A DNA stretch of 64,000 bases from contig OX597821.1 in the NCBI GenBank assembly GCA_951406725.2, positions 107,756,001 to 107,820,000 of the forward strand. Reading direction: 5' to 3'. The position numbers and the translations under genes are program-made. The notes beneath the pieces were generated by a model. It ran no database searches and was not told where the DNA came from. It saw nothing but the letters and a program-made list of their open reading frames with translations. Shown piece by piece: positions 14,312 through 28,049 of this stretch (positions are counted from its first letter, which is position 1; every line of letters begins with the position of its first letter). Source of the stretch: Octopus vulgaris (taxonomy: Eukaryota).

Positions 14312-14716
14312 CTAGCAGTATCGCCCGGCGTTGCTCGGGTTTGTAAGGGAAATAACTATATAAGCATTTTTAGAGAGTTATAGCCAAAAAGTAGCAAAAA
14401 AATGCAATAAAAATGGGAAAAAAATGATGGTAAATTTCTTTTTTAATCTTTGACTCATCGTAGACATTATTAGAGAGTTACTTCCCTTATATGATAGCGA
14501 AAAAAAAATGCATTAAAATGGAAAAAAATGATGGTAATTTTTTTTTTAAATCGTAGACTCATCGTAGACCTGCGCTAATACTCAGACGGGCTCGATATGA
14601 ACCACGACTATAAGATACCCGGTTTTGGTTAAACTGCACCGCAAAATGTGGGAGTAGTTAGGAATCTAAATCGTAGGAGACAGACACTCACACAACTTCA
14701 CTTTTATATATAAAGA
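14312..14716 (-). mobile_element. Non-autonomous Helitron
   Basis: Minus strand reads A|TCTTTATATATAAAAG ... CCCGAGCAACGCCGGG hairpin ... CTAG|T, with no TSD; 3' end shared with 57915-58299. Confidence 0.85.
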
Positions 14717-15403
14717 TGAGTGTATAAGTTTTTCAGAGAAAATTGAAAACGTCTTGCATAAAATGCATACCAAGCATATAGGAATCTTTCTCGCACAATC
14801 CTTTTGCTATAAAATATATTTGATGATAAGCTACCATGGACGATTTTGTCAGTTAGCGAAAAGTAGAAATATTATACCTAAAGCTGGACGTACACTTACA
14901 GGGTTATTTCGTTTGCTCTGCTGCTGTCTTGTGTAAATGTCTTCTAATATAGCCTCGGGGCGTCCAAAGCCTTGCTAGTGGATTTGGGGGACGGAAACTG
15001 AAAGAAGCTTGCCGTATATGTATATAAACATAACTAAAGGATAAAATCATTAAAATTAATGAATTTTATCAATGGCCAGCATATAAAAAATAACCTTTTT
15101 GGTAAAGTGTGCTTATCTGTGCGTATGTATAAACATTTTCATTTCTTTCACTCAGTATGTTTTGCTGATGAACGAAAAGTTATTAAATTAATCCAAAAGT
15201 TGATCAATCCAAAACTATCTAAATTATGTTTTAAAATTTTAAATCAGTCCGCTTTCACACTTTCAACCTGTCTATATATTGTGAAGATTTGCAGTGGCTG
15301 GACGTATTTAACGTCTATTTTCAGCATATAGGCATGGTACCTTCCGTGTCCTTAAGTATAATTGTATCCTATACAATTATCTCTCTCTCTCTTTCTCTTT
15401 CTG

Positions 15404-15463
<60 letters not shown>

Positions 15464-15465
15464 CT

Positions 15466-15692
15466 TATAAGAGGAATGACCACTGGGTGGATTCCTTGTA
15501 TGCTAAAGGTAGACCTCATATGGTCTGACCACTAAGAAAATTTCTTCTCAAGAAAATTCGACAAACGCCAGAACTTAAAGCGAGCAAGACAAACGCTTTA
15601 CGTTCTGATGTTTGCCGAATTTTCTTGAGAACAATCTTATGGGGTCTACCTTTAGCATATTAGGAATCCACCTTGTGCTCATTCCTCTTATA
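15466..15692. repeat. Fold-back inverted repeat (hairpin 1) beside (TA)n
   Basis: TATAAGAGGAATGA..GGTGGATTCCT..TATGCTAAAGGTAGACC and TTCTCAAGAAAATTCG..AAAGCG each have reverse complements in the right half. Confidence 0.9.
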
Positions 15693-16565
15693 TGTATGTA
15701 ATATAATTTTCAGATTTTTTTCAATATGCTAGGCCAATGGTTAAAATTGATATTAATTTAATCAATATCAATTTTTACCCTTATTATTTAAATTTATATA
15801 TGTGTGTGTGTTTGTCTCCAGCCACCGCTTAGCAAATGGTGTCGGGTTGTTTACGTCCCCATACTTTAGTGTTTCAGCAAAAGATCGATAAATGAAGTAC
15901 CACACTTAACAAAAAATAATAGTTATGGGGTCAAATTCATTCGACTAAAATATCCTTCAAGGTGGTGCCCCAGCATGGCCGCAGTCTAATGACTGAAACA
16001 AGCACAAGAAAACGCACAAAAGATTCCTGGAACATAAATGGCAAAAGCTATGAAGGATTACGTCGTGTTGAATTTTCGAAATTTTTTGGCGTATTTTTAC
16101 GGTTTCCCTTCAAGATCGTATTTGCCGAGTGCGTGTTTTCTGGTTCCTGTTCATGCCTATGCCCACCCCTACCGCTAGCCGTTCCAGATTATCAGTTAGA
16201 CATTTAGTAATGTCAACAAGTGCAGCAATGACTAAGGCTAGAAAATGTATATTATTCATCTTGATAATGAAATTCTAGTTTTCGAAACAGCTGGCCATAG
16301 ATATTATCTTTCGCACACATTCCCATGCACGCGTATACACATGCACACAGACGTGTGAGTGTGAACGTGTGTATTTGTGTGTTCCGTTTTACATATGGAT
16401 ACATACATAGATATGTAAATATATATATTTGGGTATAAATATATATATATGTATTTATATACGTATATACATGTATATATTTGTGTGTATATTTATATCT
16501 GTGTGTGTGTGTGTGCGCGCGTGTATATATATATGTATGTATACATATGTACATATATACCAAGA

Positions 16566-16630
<65 letters not shown>

Positions 16631-17382
16631 AAAGGAGAAGAAGAAGAAGAAGAAGAAGAAGAAGAAGAAGAAGAAGAAGAAGAAGAAAACAGCAAAGTAT
16701 GGAGTCGTAAGCAAACCAACTCCAATTGTCAAGCGGTGATGGCGGCGCTGAAACAGAGACGCGCGCGCGTGCGCATATATGTGTGTATATATTCATGATG
16801 ATGATGATGATGATAATGATGATAAAGACCATGATGATGATGATTGTTGATGATTATAGTATAAAGAAATATGGTTACGATCTTCTGTCTGCAAATACGT
16901 ATTTCTGCGTTCGAATCCACTGCGCACTGCTCTGAATAAGTAAGGGGTTCTTCAGCCATAATTTAGGGTCCACCCGTGCCTTGTGACGGAAATTGGATAA
17001 ACGGAAAGTGCGGAAATCTGTCGTCTGGATTGCTTCCGTTCTGGGAATGTAAGTAGATCAAATTCCAACAGCAATAACAACAACTACTGTGACAACAACC
17101 TCATGGGCAGGCACATCATCATCATCAACATCATCAACAGCAAAAACAAGGGTGTCGCTGGCTGGTACGTTGGTGTGTTGGAAACCATCTTCTGGCTCTG
17201 TTGATTGCGTGTAATATCAAACAAACAAACTCACAAACAGTCAACAAAATTTATTGATTGGTGTGATTTACTGCGTTGGCTTCAAACGCAATTTGGAAAA
17301 GAAAAATGCCGATGTAATAATCGCTGCAAACTGTTGAAGATTGGTGAAGAGAACAGCACCGTGTCTTGATGAAAGTTAACTG

Positions 17383-18150
17383 TGGTCTGCCTTGCTTGAA
17401 GCCCCGAAACGGTCTGCCTTTGCTTGATGGCCTGTCTGTCTTGCTTGAGGGCCCGTCTACCTTACTTGAGGATTCGAAACGGTCTGCCTTGCTTAATTTC
17501 TCGACGTGGTCTGCTTTGCTTGAGGGCTCGAAACGGTCTGCCTTGCATGATGGCCCGTCTGTCTTGCCTGAGGGCCGTATGCCTTACTTGAGGGCTCGAA
17601 ACGGTCTACCTTGCTTGAAAGCCAAAACAGACTGCCTTGCTTGAGGGCCTGTCTGCTTTGCTTGAGTGTCCGAAACGGTCTGCCTTGCTTGAGGGCTCTA
17701 AACAGTCTGCCTTACTTGAGGGCCCCAAACGATCTGCCTTGCTTGAGGGCCCAAAACGGTCTGTCTTGCTTAAGGGCCCCAAACGGTCTGCCTTACTTGA
17801 GAGCCCGAAACAGTTTGCCTTGCTTGAGGGCCCATCTACTTTGCTTGGTGCCCTAAACGGTCTGCCTAGCTTGAGGGCCCCTCTGCCTTGCTTGGTGCCT
17901 GTCTGTCTTGCTTGAGTGCTTGAAGTTGTCTACTTGAAGGCTCGAAACGTTCTGCCTAGCTTGGTTGCTCGAAGTGGTCTACTTTGCTTGAGTGCACGCA
18001 ATGTTCTACCTTGCTTGAGTGCCCGAAACGGTCTCCCTTGCTTGTGGACCCGTCTGTTTTGCTTGAGTGCCCGAAATGAGAGAGCCTGTCTGCTTTGCTT
18101 GTGTGCTCAAAGCGGTCTGCCTTGCTTGAGTGCACGGAGCAGTTTGCCTC
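17383..18150. repeat. GC-rich minisatellite with 27-bp and 21-bp units (CTTGCTTGAGGGCCCGAAACGGTCTGC)
   Basis: About 30 diverged tandem units with no unique spacers. Confidence 0.9.
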
Positions 18151-18544
18151 GTGTTAGACGCCATACTGTTTAACTAGGGTGAAACGGGCGCGAGTTTTAG
18201 AATATTCAAGAAACCATATCTCGCCATAACTTGACACTGATTGGTCGTTTTATAGATTAAATCCGTAAAAATGTAATGACATATACATGATTATTCCGCG
18301 GTTGGGGTTCGAATCCCTATAAGAGTAACTGCAACGATCCCAGCAACAGCCACAACGTTCACAGTACCCAGAGCATTAGCAACAACCACAACTCCGATAG
18401 CAACAACAATATAAACCACAACAGCAATCATAACTTCTGAATCACGGTTTCTTTCCCCATTTTCGCCCTAGATTCTCTAAAAAGGTCATGTCCATTGCTA
18501 TCCCTTTTCTGACTAACCCATGAAAAACTAATACTAAATTAATG

Positions 18545-18932
18545 AGCAAGCATGGCTGTGCTGAGAACCTTGCTTCTCAATCACATGGTTCCGGGTTCAG
18601 TCCCCTACGTGGCACCTCGAGTAGGAGTTTTCTAGTATAGCCCTGAGCCGCCTAAGGCCTTGCGAGCGGATTTGGTAGACGGAAAGCTAAAGGACGGCCT
18701 CTGTGTGTGTGTATGTGTGTTCGCTTATGTTTTTGTTTGTCTCTTCACAATCGTTTACAAAGAGTGTTGGTATGCTTACGTGCCCGTACTCTAGCGGTTC
18801 GCTAAGAAGGGAACGATAGAAAAAGGACCAGGCTTAGAAACAAATACTGGGGTCGATTTGTGTGGTTAAATCCTTCAAAGCGGTGCCCCAGAATGGCCGC
18901 AATCCAATGACCGAAACACGTAAAAGAAGATA
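18545..18932 (+). mobile_element. SINE family A, diverged
   Basis: CACATGGTTCCGGGTTCAGTCCC head, GGATTTGGTAGACGGAAA body and family tail. Confidence 0.85.
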
Positions 18933-19635
18933 AATAGCTAAAGCAAGAAAGAAAGAGAGAAGAAAGACAGAAAGGGAGGAATGAATGAATGAAAGAAAAA
19001 AGAAAGGGAGGGAGGAAGGAAGAAAGAAAGGAAGAAAGGAAGAAAGAAAGGAAAAGAAAGAGAGCGATAAAAGAAGAGAGGAAGGAAGAAAGATGGAAAG
19101 AGAGGAAGAAAGAAGAAAAAAGAAAGGAAGAAAGGAAGAAAGAAAAGAAAGATAGAAAGAAAGAAAGAAGGAGAGAAAGAAAGAGAGAAAGATAAAAAGA
19201 AAAGAAAAAACAAATTAATGAAATAAATAAATAAATAAAATAATGAATGTGTTTTTAGAATAAAAATAGCGCAATTAAAAGGCATTTTGGAATCCTTGTC
19301 CATTCTTGGGTTGGGGAAGAAATTGCGTAGAATTGGTGAAATAAATCATTCGATGTTGTCTGGTATGAGACAGACGGAGAATATTGAGAAGACAAAAATA
19401 GGCATAGACACGTACATATACATCCAAACACACACACGCACGCAAAAAGCACACACACTCCCACACACACATACACACATATACAAGGACAAGCATGCAA
19501 GGACATACACAGAGATAATTTTAAGCAAATACACATGGAGCAACAAAAGTACACATCTACATGTATATATATATATACACGTTTATATAATAGACGCACA
19601 CGCACATACACACACGCACACGCACGACATCAATC

Positions 19636-19925
19636 GGCTCTCCGTCGGTTACGGCGACGCGTATTCAAGTTGATCCGATCAATGGAAATAGCCTGCTCAT
19701 GAGATCTACATGCAAGTGGCTGAGCACTCCACAGACACGCGCGTGGCCTTCATGTAGTTCTCAGGGAGACACAGAATATGGCCAAGTCTGAGTTACAAAT
19801 ACAACTCGTTTTTACCGGCTGAGTGGACTGAGCAACGTGAAATAAAGTGTCTTGATCAAGGACACATCACGCCGCTAGGAATCGAACTCACGGCTTTAAG
19901 ATCGTGAACGGAATACCCTAATCGC
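19636..19925 (-). mobile_element. SINE family D
   Basis: Homologous to 8073-8391. Confidence 0.8.
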
Positions 19926-19954
19926 TAAAAATATATAACTACATACACTTCCAG

Positions 19955-20127
19955 CCTGGCTGTGTGGTAAGAAGCTTGCATCCCAACCACATGGTTCTGG
20001 GTTCAGTCCCACTGCGTGACGCCTTGCACAAATGTCTCCTACCATAACCCTGGGCTGACCAACGCATTGGAGTGGATTTGGTAGACGGAAGCTGAAAGAA
20101 GCCCGACGTATATATGCATCTGTGCGT

Positions 20128-20175
<48 letters not shown>

Positions 20176-20375
20176 ATCTGCGTTTGTCCCCTTCTACCGA
20201 TTGGCAACCGGTATTGGTGTGTTTACGTCTCCCTCAGTGGTTCAAGAAAAAACAGATTAATAATAGAAGTATCAGTTTTTTGAAAATATTAGTACCGGGG
20301 TCGATTCGTTCGACGGAAAATTCTTCATGGCAGTGCCTCAATACGGCCGCAGTCTGGAACATGTGAAAGATAAAA
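19955..20375 (+). mobile_element. SINE family A
   Basis: GGCTGTGTGGTAAGAAGCTTGC head, internal (TG)n, family tail. Confidence 0.85.
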
Positions 20376-21387
20376 ACGTTACATATATACATGGCTATAT
20401 ACAGAGACAAACATACTCAGGCAATCAAACAAACCCGTACACTCGTGCACAGAGAGTCTTCTGTAATATACGCTGACATCTAATCATGCAATCGTATATT
20501 AACGGGTTTGTTTTGTACAGCCCGCATTCATTTGTGCCTCTCTTGGCTTGTGTATGTTTGACAGAGACGTAAGAGAGAGTAATTTTAGCAAGACATTTGG
20601 AGTGCTTCTTCCACTTCTTGTATTGAAAAATTGAAAAATAACCACACACACACACACATACGCACACACACGCACACACACACATACACACACACTCGCG
20701 CGCCCACACACGCACACACACAAGCACTGACGCACACACACAAGCACTGACGCACACACACACTCGCATGCACGCACACACACACTCGCATGCACGCACA
20801 CACACACTCGCATGCACGCACACACACACACTCGCATGCACGCACACACACACACGTACACACACACTCGCACACACACACACTCGCACACACACGCACA
20901 TACACGCACACTCGCGCACACACACACACTCGCGCACACATACATATGCACACACACACTCACATATACATACACACACACACACACACGCATATACACA
21001 CACATACACGCACACTCACCCGTACACGCACACCCACCCACACAGATACTGGAGAGGAAATTAAAAACGTTTTATCAAAACGCGGCTGACAAGTCGTACA
21101 GAAATGATTCCTTATTAGACACTGGTGACATATAGAATATATACGCCACGATACACATGACAACGTAAGAACACGTTCCGTCCTACTCACACATACATGG
21201 AACTGCGGTATATACACACTCCAAATATAACGCTCCACACACACAGGGAAACACACACATAACATCATGGAGTGCAAACGTATATACATACATTCTCTCA
21301 AAATAAATGTCCTATATATACACACCATGTATAGTCACTTAAACATACACAAATTATATAAATACTTGTGTGAATGTGTGTGTGTGT

Positions 21388-21430
<43 letters not shown>

Positions 21431-21456
21431 CGTGCGTTTGCGTGTGTATATATCGT

Positions 21457-21810
21457 GGCACTCCGTCGGTTACGACGACGAGGGTTCCAGCTGATTCGAT
21501 CTACGGAACAGCCTGCTCGTGAAATTAGCGTGCAAGTGGTTGAGCACTCCACTGACACGTGTGCCCTTAACGTAGTTCTCGGGGAGATTCAGCGTGACAA
21601 GGGCTGGTCCTTTGAAATAGAGGTACAACAGAAACAGGAAGAAAGTTGTGGTGAAAGAGTACAGCAGGGTTTGCCAGCACATCCTGCCGGAGCCTCGTGG
21701 AGCTTTAGGCGTTTTCGCTCAATAAACACTCACAACGCCTGGTCTGGGAATCGAAACGCGATCCTACGCCCGGAAGTCCGCTGCCCTAACCACTGTATAT
21801 TGCGCCTCCA
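21457..21810 (-). mobile_element. tRNA-derived SINE family C
   Basis: Homologous to 43167-43546. Confidence 0.85.
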
Positions 21811-21948
21811 CTGTATACATATGTATATATATATATATATATTTAAATAATGAGGGAGATAAATTAATATTAATTTTAATATCAATTTAAAAACAATTTA
21901 AAACCAGTAGTCTAGCATACAAAAAATCTGAGAAGTCAAGCCCTGCCA

Positions 21949-22006
<58 letters not shown>

Positions 22007-22089
22007 TACAAACACATGTAGAAACACACAAACCTTACGCATCTTACATATTCAAACACACACACACACATACACACACTTATACCAAT

Positions 22090-22175
<86 letters not shown>

Positions 22176-22519
22176 TGATTGATAGATAGGGTTACAGACT
22201 GAAAAAGAGACGCACAGAACTTACGAAATATTATTTTAGTCTAAGCGTGATATTGAATTACTGAAAAGGCACAATAACTCGATATTAATTTATATCTATG
22301 TTAATTAACCAAGCAGGTCAACTGACCAGATAATGAAAACATAGAATAGGTTCCCTAAGGTACTTAGTCAGGCTTTTTTTATATTTCGATGACTGTTGAA
22401 CTCTTCAGCAGTTGTTGAACGAAAACAATTTAAACATTTATAGCGCCAACCATCGCAATTGGTTTTGATGAAAATCGATCAAGAAGGAAAAAACAACGAA
22501 GTAGTCCCTATGTATTTTC

Positions 22520-22902
22520 TTTTCTACTTTAGGCAAAGGCCCGAAATTTTGGGGGAGGGGGCCAGCCGATTAGATATACCCCAGTATGCAGCTGGTACTT
22601 AATTTATCGATCCCGAAAGAATGATAGGCAAAGTCGACCTGGGCGGAATTTGAACTCAAAACATAAAGACAGATGAAATACTGCTAAGCATTTGGCCCAG
22701 CGCGCTAGCGTTACTGGTTTCAATTTTGGGCACAAGGCCAGCATTTCTGACGAAAAGATAGGTCGATTTCATCGAGTGGTATTTTCGCTCCCGAAAAGAT
22801 GAAAGGTAAATTCAACCTCGGTGAATCTGAACTCAGAACGTAAAGACGGGCCGAAAACACCGCTAAGCATTACACCCGGCATGCTAACGATTCTGCCAGC
22901 AC
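22520..22902 (-). mobile_element. SINE family B, two adjacent copies
   Basis: Two bodies with GGCAAAGTCGACC / GAACTCAGAACGTAAAGAC motifs. Confidence 0.8.
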
Positions 22903-23128
22903 AACGTCTTGATCACTTTATATATTAACAGGAAGTATTATGTGTCTTAGAAAGTAGTAAGAGATACCTTCCGCTGGAGGAATATAAATTGGGAAATTGA
23001 AATACAAACCAGAAAATCGATGAGCATAAACACTGGCTATAAAATTTCAGTTAATTAAGATAAGATATTTGATCATTGCGAGTGCAATTACTTGAATGTC
23101 AGTCTCTACGGTAAATTATGAATTTCTG

Positions 23129-23565
23129 GGATCTTTTCGGTTTGAACGGCAGTTTTTTAATATAATTTCCACGTAACTAAACACTTTTAAGCTTCGTATA
23201 CTGGTAGAATGTGCTTATAAAACATCTTTTTTTCTTGGCTTTATTGAGAAAATTCTATAGTTTGTAAGATATTTGTTGTTGTTTTCTTCAATTTCTGCAA
23301 TTTCAACCAATCAATGACCTCTATTGAGGTGAAAACATTCTGTGCCGTATGAATATGCCCCTCGTTTAAGAAATAGATTGGGTTTGTTTACATTTCTGAA
23401 GAAAAAAAAAGATACCCTTCCCCCCACCCTAACCCTAACCATAATCCTAACTAACCCTAACCCTAAAATATTGAAATGCAATAGATCGATACTAGGGTCA
23501 TAATTATGGGGGACAATTTCATATGACACCGCTAGAAAAAACTGCCGTTCAAACCGAAAAGATCC
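23129..23565. mobile_element. MITE with 29-bp TIRs and 8-bp TSD (Merlin/hAT-type), internal (CCCTAA)n
   Basis: TIR GGATCTTTTCGGTTTGAACGGCAGTTTTT and its perfect reverse complement; flanks AATTTCTG / AATTTATG. Confidence 0.9.
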
Positions 23566-24163
23566 AATTTATGTTCTCGTGATTGAAAGAAACCGGGAGA
23601 ATGATTCTTATATATGTCAGATAACGAAGAAATAGGGAGAAAAAATAGTGCTGTCTACAACTACAAGGATACTTTAAAAGGAAAAGAAATGAATTCTATG
23701 AAAATATTACGTCATATGCTCTCTCACTCAGATGAAAAAGCCCTCTCATAAAAGCAATATAAGATTATAAACCCCAAAGCGGTTCTTTCCCCTTTACAGG
23801 GAATCTTCATCCTCTCTTCTATTTAATAGTAAACTCTCGCTCTCTCTCCCTCTCTTATTCTGAAGGCAACCGTAGGTAGCAGCACCAACAGTCCACAGGC
23901 AAAATTTCCCACGTGAAAATATTTATCATTAGTTATTTATCATTAGTCTCGGTGATTATTTATCGTAGTTTTGCTGCATCCCAGGTGAGATTGTCAAAGG
24001 CGTCACCATCATATATAAAAACTCATCAAACATTATGCAAAGCACCAAAGAATTACCATCAATGCCAGAGACTCTTTAGCTCATTTTCAGCGGCGCTCCA
24101 GTATGGCCGCAGTTAAATGACTGAAGCAAGTAAAAGAATAAAAGAATATATATATATATGTAT

Positions 24164-24262
<99 letters not shown>

Positions 24263-24277
24263 CCTATATATATACAT

Positions 24278-24359
<82 letters not shown>

Positions 24360-24394
24360 TCGTCCCAGGAAAAGTAAGTAAAAGAAGGCATTCA

Positions 24395-24745
24395 TGGGAT
24401 TCGAACAGGGTGCATGTCCGGTCGCTATCAGCTTGTGCTGGTCGCCGTCAAGACGTCAGGTGTTCTAGGACCCCGTACAACTGAGTATCTCTCCGAAATA
24501 GGGATAGGGCTAACGGTGACCATTCGGAGAAACGAGCACCGCTCGGTGGTTTGCCTGCTGCAGACAATACCGCGAGGCGCGGCTGAACACACCATTTTGC
24601 TTTTCTGGAGTGTTTGTAACCCATCAGCCTCTCCCCCCCCTCCCAGCTTTATCCACCACCTTTTCTCTTTTCTTTTCTTTCTTTTTCTTTCTTATCACTC
24701 TTCTGCTTTATTTCTTTCTATTTAGATGTTTTAATAAAATAAAGT
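24395..24745 (+). mobile_element. CRE-clade non-LTR retrotransposon 3' remnant (RLE endonuclease C-terminus)
   Basis: YQLVLVAVKTSGVLGPRTTEYLSEIG...LQTIPRGAAEHTIL resembles the CRE RLE pattern FVPxAVETxGxxG...VQRGNAxxIL; followed by a pyrimidine-rich UTR and AATAAA. Confidence 0.6.
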
Positions 24746-25138
24746 TTAGAAAGTTAGTGATTGGACATAAAAAAGCATTGCAATTAAGGGCTGTTGTCCC
24801 GCGCTCTGGCGATTTCTGTTATTTCAGGCGTTCCCTCAGGAATATTGGAAAAAGGCTTGCAAAACAGTGGATATTGTCCATAATCCTGTTTGACTGAACA
24901 AAAATAATTAAATCACTTAGAATTAAATTAATTATATATAATTTTTTTTAATAAAGAGAACAATAGAATTTTTATAAACGATGTTTCTAAATGAAAATAA
25001 TTAACTAATTAAATTTTGCTAATTTCGTCTAAAGAAATTTGCGCCTGTTTGAGAGTTTGAACAAACACGCGCACGAGATTGTGTGTGTTTGTGTATAGGT
25101 ATGTATGATATATGTATGTATGTATGTATATGTATCTA

Positions 25139-25180
<42 letters not shown>

Positions 25181-25348
25181 GTGTGTGTGTATGAATACAT
25201 CCATGCATTTACGTATGAATGTAAACACACACACATATATATGTGTGTATGTATATATGTGTATGTATATGTATTCGTGCGTGCATGAATGTATATATAA
25301 TATATGTATGCATCCGTATATAGCTATATGTTTGTTGCACACACACAC

Positions 25349-25407
<59 letters not shown>

Positions 25408-25581
25408 CATGTATACATACATACATGCATACACAATATGTGTATGTTACATATATACTCATATGTATATATGCATATATATATGCATATACATACACAT
25501 ATACATATACGTTATATATGTGTGTATATATGTATATGTATATACATATATTTATGTGTGTGTGTGTGTACATATACATAT

Positions 25582-25648
<67 letters not shown>

Positions 25649-26039
25649 CATACATATATATATACACATGTACATATAGTTATAGTTATTCATGTATATT
25701 TATTTATATATTGTATATATTGATAGCTTTTCAATCATAGCTATTCAAAATAATACCATTGAATGAGAAAGCAACAAAATTAACCAAATCCCATTCGTCC
25801 CAAAACCAGGAAAAAACTACATTCAACAAAATGAAAACTACACACAAAACTTTAACCAGATGCACATACAAATGAAACTTGCAATCTATAAACACACACA
25901 TCCACACAATATATACACAGAATGCGAAAACAAAGGGTCAGTAGAATGTTTCTGTGAACTCCGAAGGGACATTTGAAAGAGAATCACTTTTCATGTGTCC
26001 TATGTGCCTGCAATTACAATGCGTTTATAATGTACAGGC

Positions 26040-26090
<51 letters not shown>

Positions 26091-26106
26091 CACAGCCATA
26101 TTATAT

Positions 26107-26158
<52 letters not shown>

Positions 26159-26325
26159 CCACTCTGTACGTGTACACATACACAATATATATATATGTTA
26201 TGTATACGTACAGGAGTGACTGTGTGGTATGAAGCATGTTTCCCAACCGTATAGTTCTGGGTTCAGTCCCATTGTGTGGTGCCATGGGCAAGTGTATTTT
26301 ACTCTAGCTTCGGGCCGACCAAAAC

Positions 26326-26402
<77 letters not shown>

Positions 26403-26428
26403 ATACATATATCTATCTATCTATCTAT

Positions 26429-26466
<38 letters not shown>

Positions 26467-26531
26467 TTATTTATACATACATACATACATACATACATAC
26501 ATACATACATACATACATACATACATACATT

Positions 26532-26576
<45 letters not shown>

Positions 26577-26577
26577 T

Positions 26578-27208
26578 ACAATTTTTTACATTATTTACAT
26601 TTGATGAATATTTGTCCTCAACTTCTTCTACCATCACTTATAAGACTTGCCAGTTTTTCCGAGTAGTCAGACTTGTTCATCACCACTGTAGCATTTCCTT
26701 TGTCCGCCGGAAGTATTATGATGAAATTGTCACTCTGTAGTCTTTCGATGGCGAACTTTTTCTTCCTTGGTGATATTTGGTTTAGGAAGTTTCGCTTTTT
26801 CTAGTACCTGTCTCACTTTCCACCTTAATTCAACTCCCTGTGCCTTTGGTATCTTTACGGCCATCACTTCAATTGGGGATATTATGTCCAAGTTTGGTGT
26901 GCGCTTGATGGTTGTTGCAAAGTTGAGACCTTTGTTCAGTGCTGCTTCTTCAGAGCTTTCTAGATGTCGGCTACTTAAATTATTTACCGCTTTCACAGGT
27001 AGATGACAAACTTCAGTCTTCATTCTCTGACCTTAGAGTTTCATAAACTTCTTAATCTGGCGTGTCTTCACCATTTCAAATTCTTTCCTGTACGACTTTT
27101 CTAGATCTTATTGGATACACTTTCTATCGTCATATCTGGTTGTTTCCTCTCAAATGTAAATAATGTAAATAATGTACATAATTCCTCGTCTCTTAAATAT
27201 AGAACTGT
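26578..27208 (-). mobile_element. Penelope-like element remnant (RT N-terminal region) bounded by inverted terminal fragments
   Basis: Minus-strand VNNLSSRHLESSEEAALNKGLNFA...PKPNITKEE and [22 protein letters not shown] are typical Penelope/Poseidon motifs. TTTACATTATTTACATTTGA (about 26585) is inverted relative to TCAAATGTAAATAATGTAAA (about 27150). Confidence 0.88.
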
Positions 27209-27445
27209 TGTTTTCTTCTGCTCTAATGCTGCGTTCGCATCCGATCAGTCCTCTACCCCCACTTTTTCTTGGTACATACAATCTGGCTGTGTCACTTTTT
27301 GGGTGGAGCATCCCATATCTAGTCAGCAACATCCTTGTCTTTCTGTCTAAGCTGTTTAGTTCGTCTACTGTCCATGCGATTACCCCTGCTCGATATCTAA
27401 GTAGTGAAACCACCCAGGTGTTGATAGCTTCAATCTTATTGCGAT
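27209..27445 (-). mobile_element. R4/Dong-clade LINE fragment
   Basis: NKIEAINTWVVSLLRY..WTVDELNSLDRKTRMLLT..LHPKSDTARLYVPRKSGGRGL, the R4/Dong post-RT motif. Confidence 0.85.
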
Positions 27446-27486
27446 TATTATTGTTGCTGCTGCTGCTGCTACTACTACTACTACCT

Positions 27487-27546
<60 letters not shown>

Positions 27547-27555
27547 TTACTACTA

Positions 27556-28035
27556 CTGCACCTCGAAAGAGTCCAGAGGCTGGCTACCCGCATGGTTCAT
27601 GGTCTCAAAAATTTGTCCTACGAAGAAAGGCTGAGGACGCTCGACCTTTATTCTCTTGAAAAACGCCGCCGCCGTGGTGATCTCATTCTCGCCCACAACA
27701 TCATAAGCGGGAAGTGTAACCTCTCGAAAGAGCTGTTCTTCACTCCTGCTCCGGAGCGTCGGCTGCGGGGTCATTCCGAAAAGCTCTACCTGCGACGATT
27801 TCATCTCAATCGAAGGAGAGGAGCTTTCTCCGTCCGAGTTGCGGATCCGTGGAACAAGCTGCCAGACGAGATGGTGAAGATGCCGACGACCGCTTTGTTC
27901 AAAGCCTCCCTGGGCCTCAAGTGGCCTGAACTCTTTACATGAACACCACCCTGTACTTAACTCCATGTCCCCCTACATGGCCTTGCTATTTGCTTTTGAG
28001 CGAAATTAACTAACTAACTAACTAACTAACTAACT
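27556..28035 (+). mobile_element. CR1 LINE 3' end with (TAAC)n tail, inserted in (CTA)n
   Basis: LERVQRLATRMVHGLKNLSYEERLRTLDLYSLEKRRRRGDLI..RGHSEKL..FSVRVADPWNKLP; frame intact to the stop at 27942. Confidence 0.93.
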
Positions 28036-28049
28036 ACTACTACTACTAC

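Noticed and set aside
15160-15185. Hammerhead from CTGATGAACGAAA
   Set aside because: No room for stem II and no stem I/III pairing.
17383-18150. CRISPR array
   Set aside because: Contiguous diverged tandem units with no unique spacers, no cas genes and a eukaryotic context.
23427-23466. True telomere or chromosome fusion site
   Set aside because: It is a short degenerate tract inside a TIR element.
27172-27942. 256-aa ORF as a real gene
   Set aside because: It is a chance read-through of antisense R4/Dong sequence, (CTA)n and a CR1 3' end.
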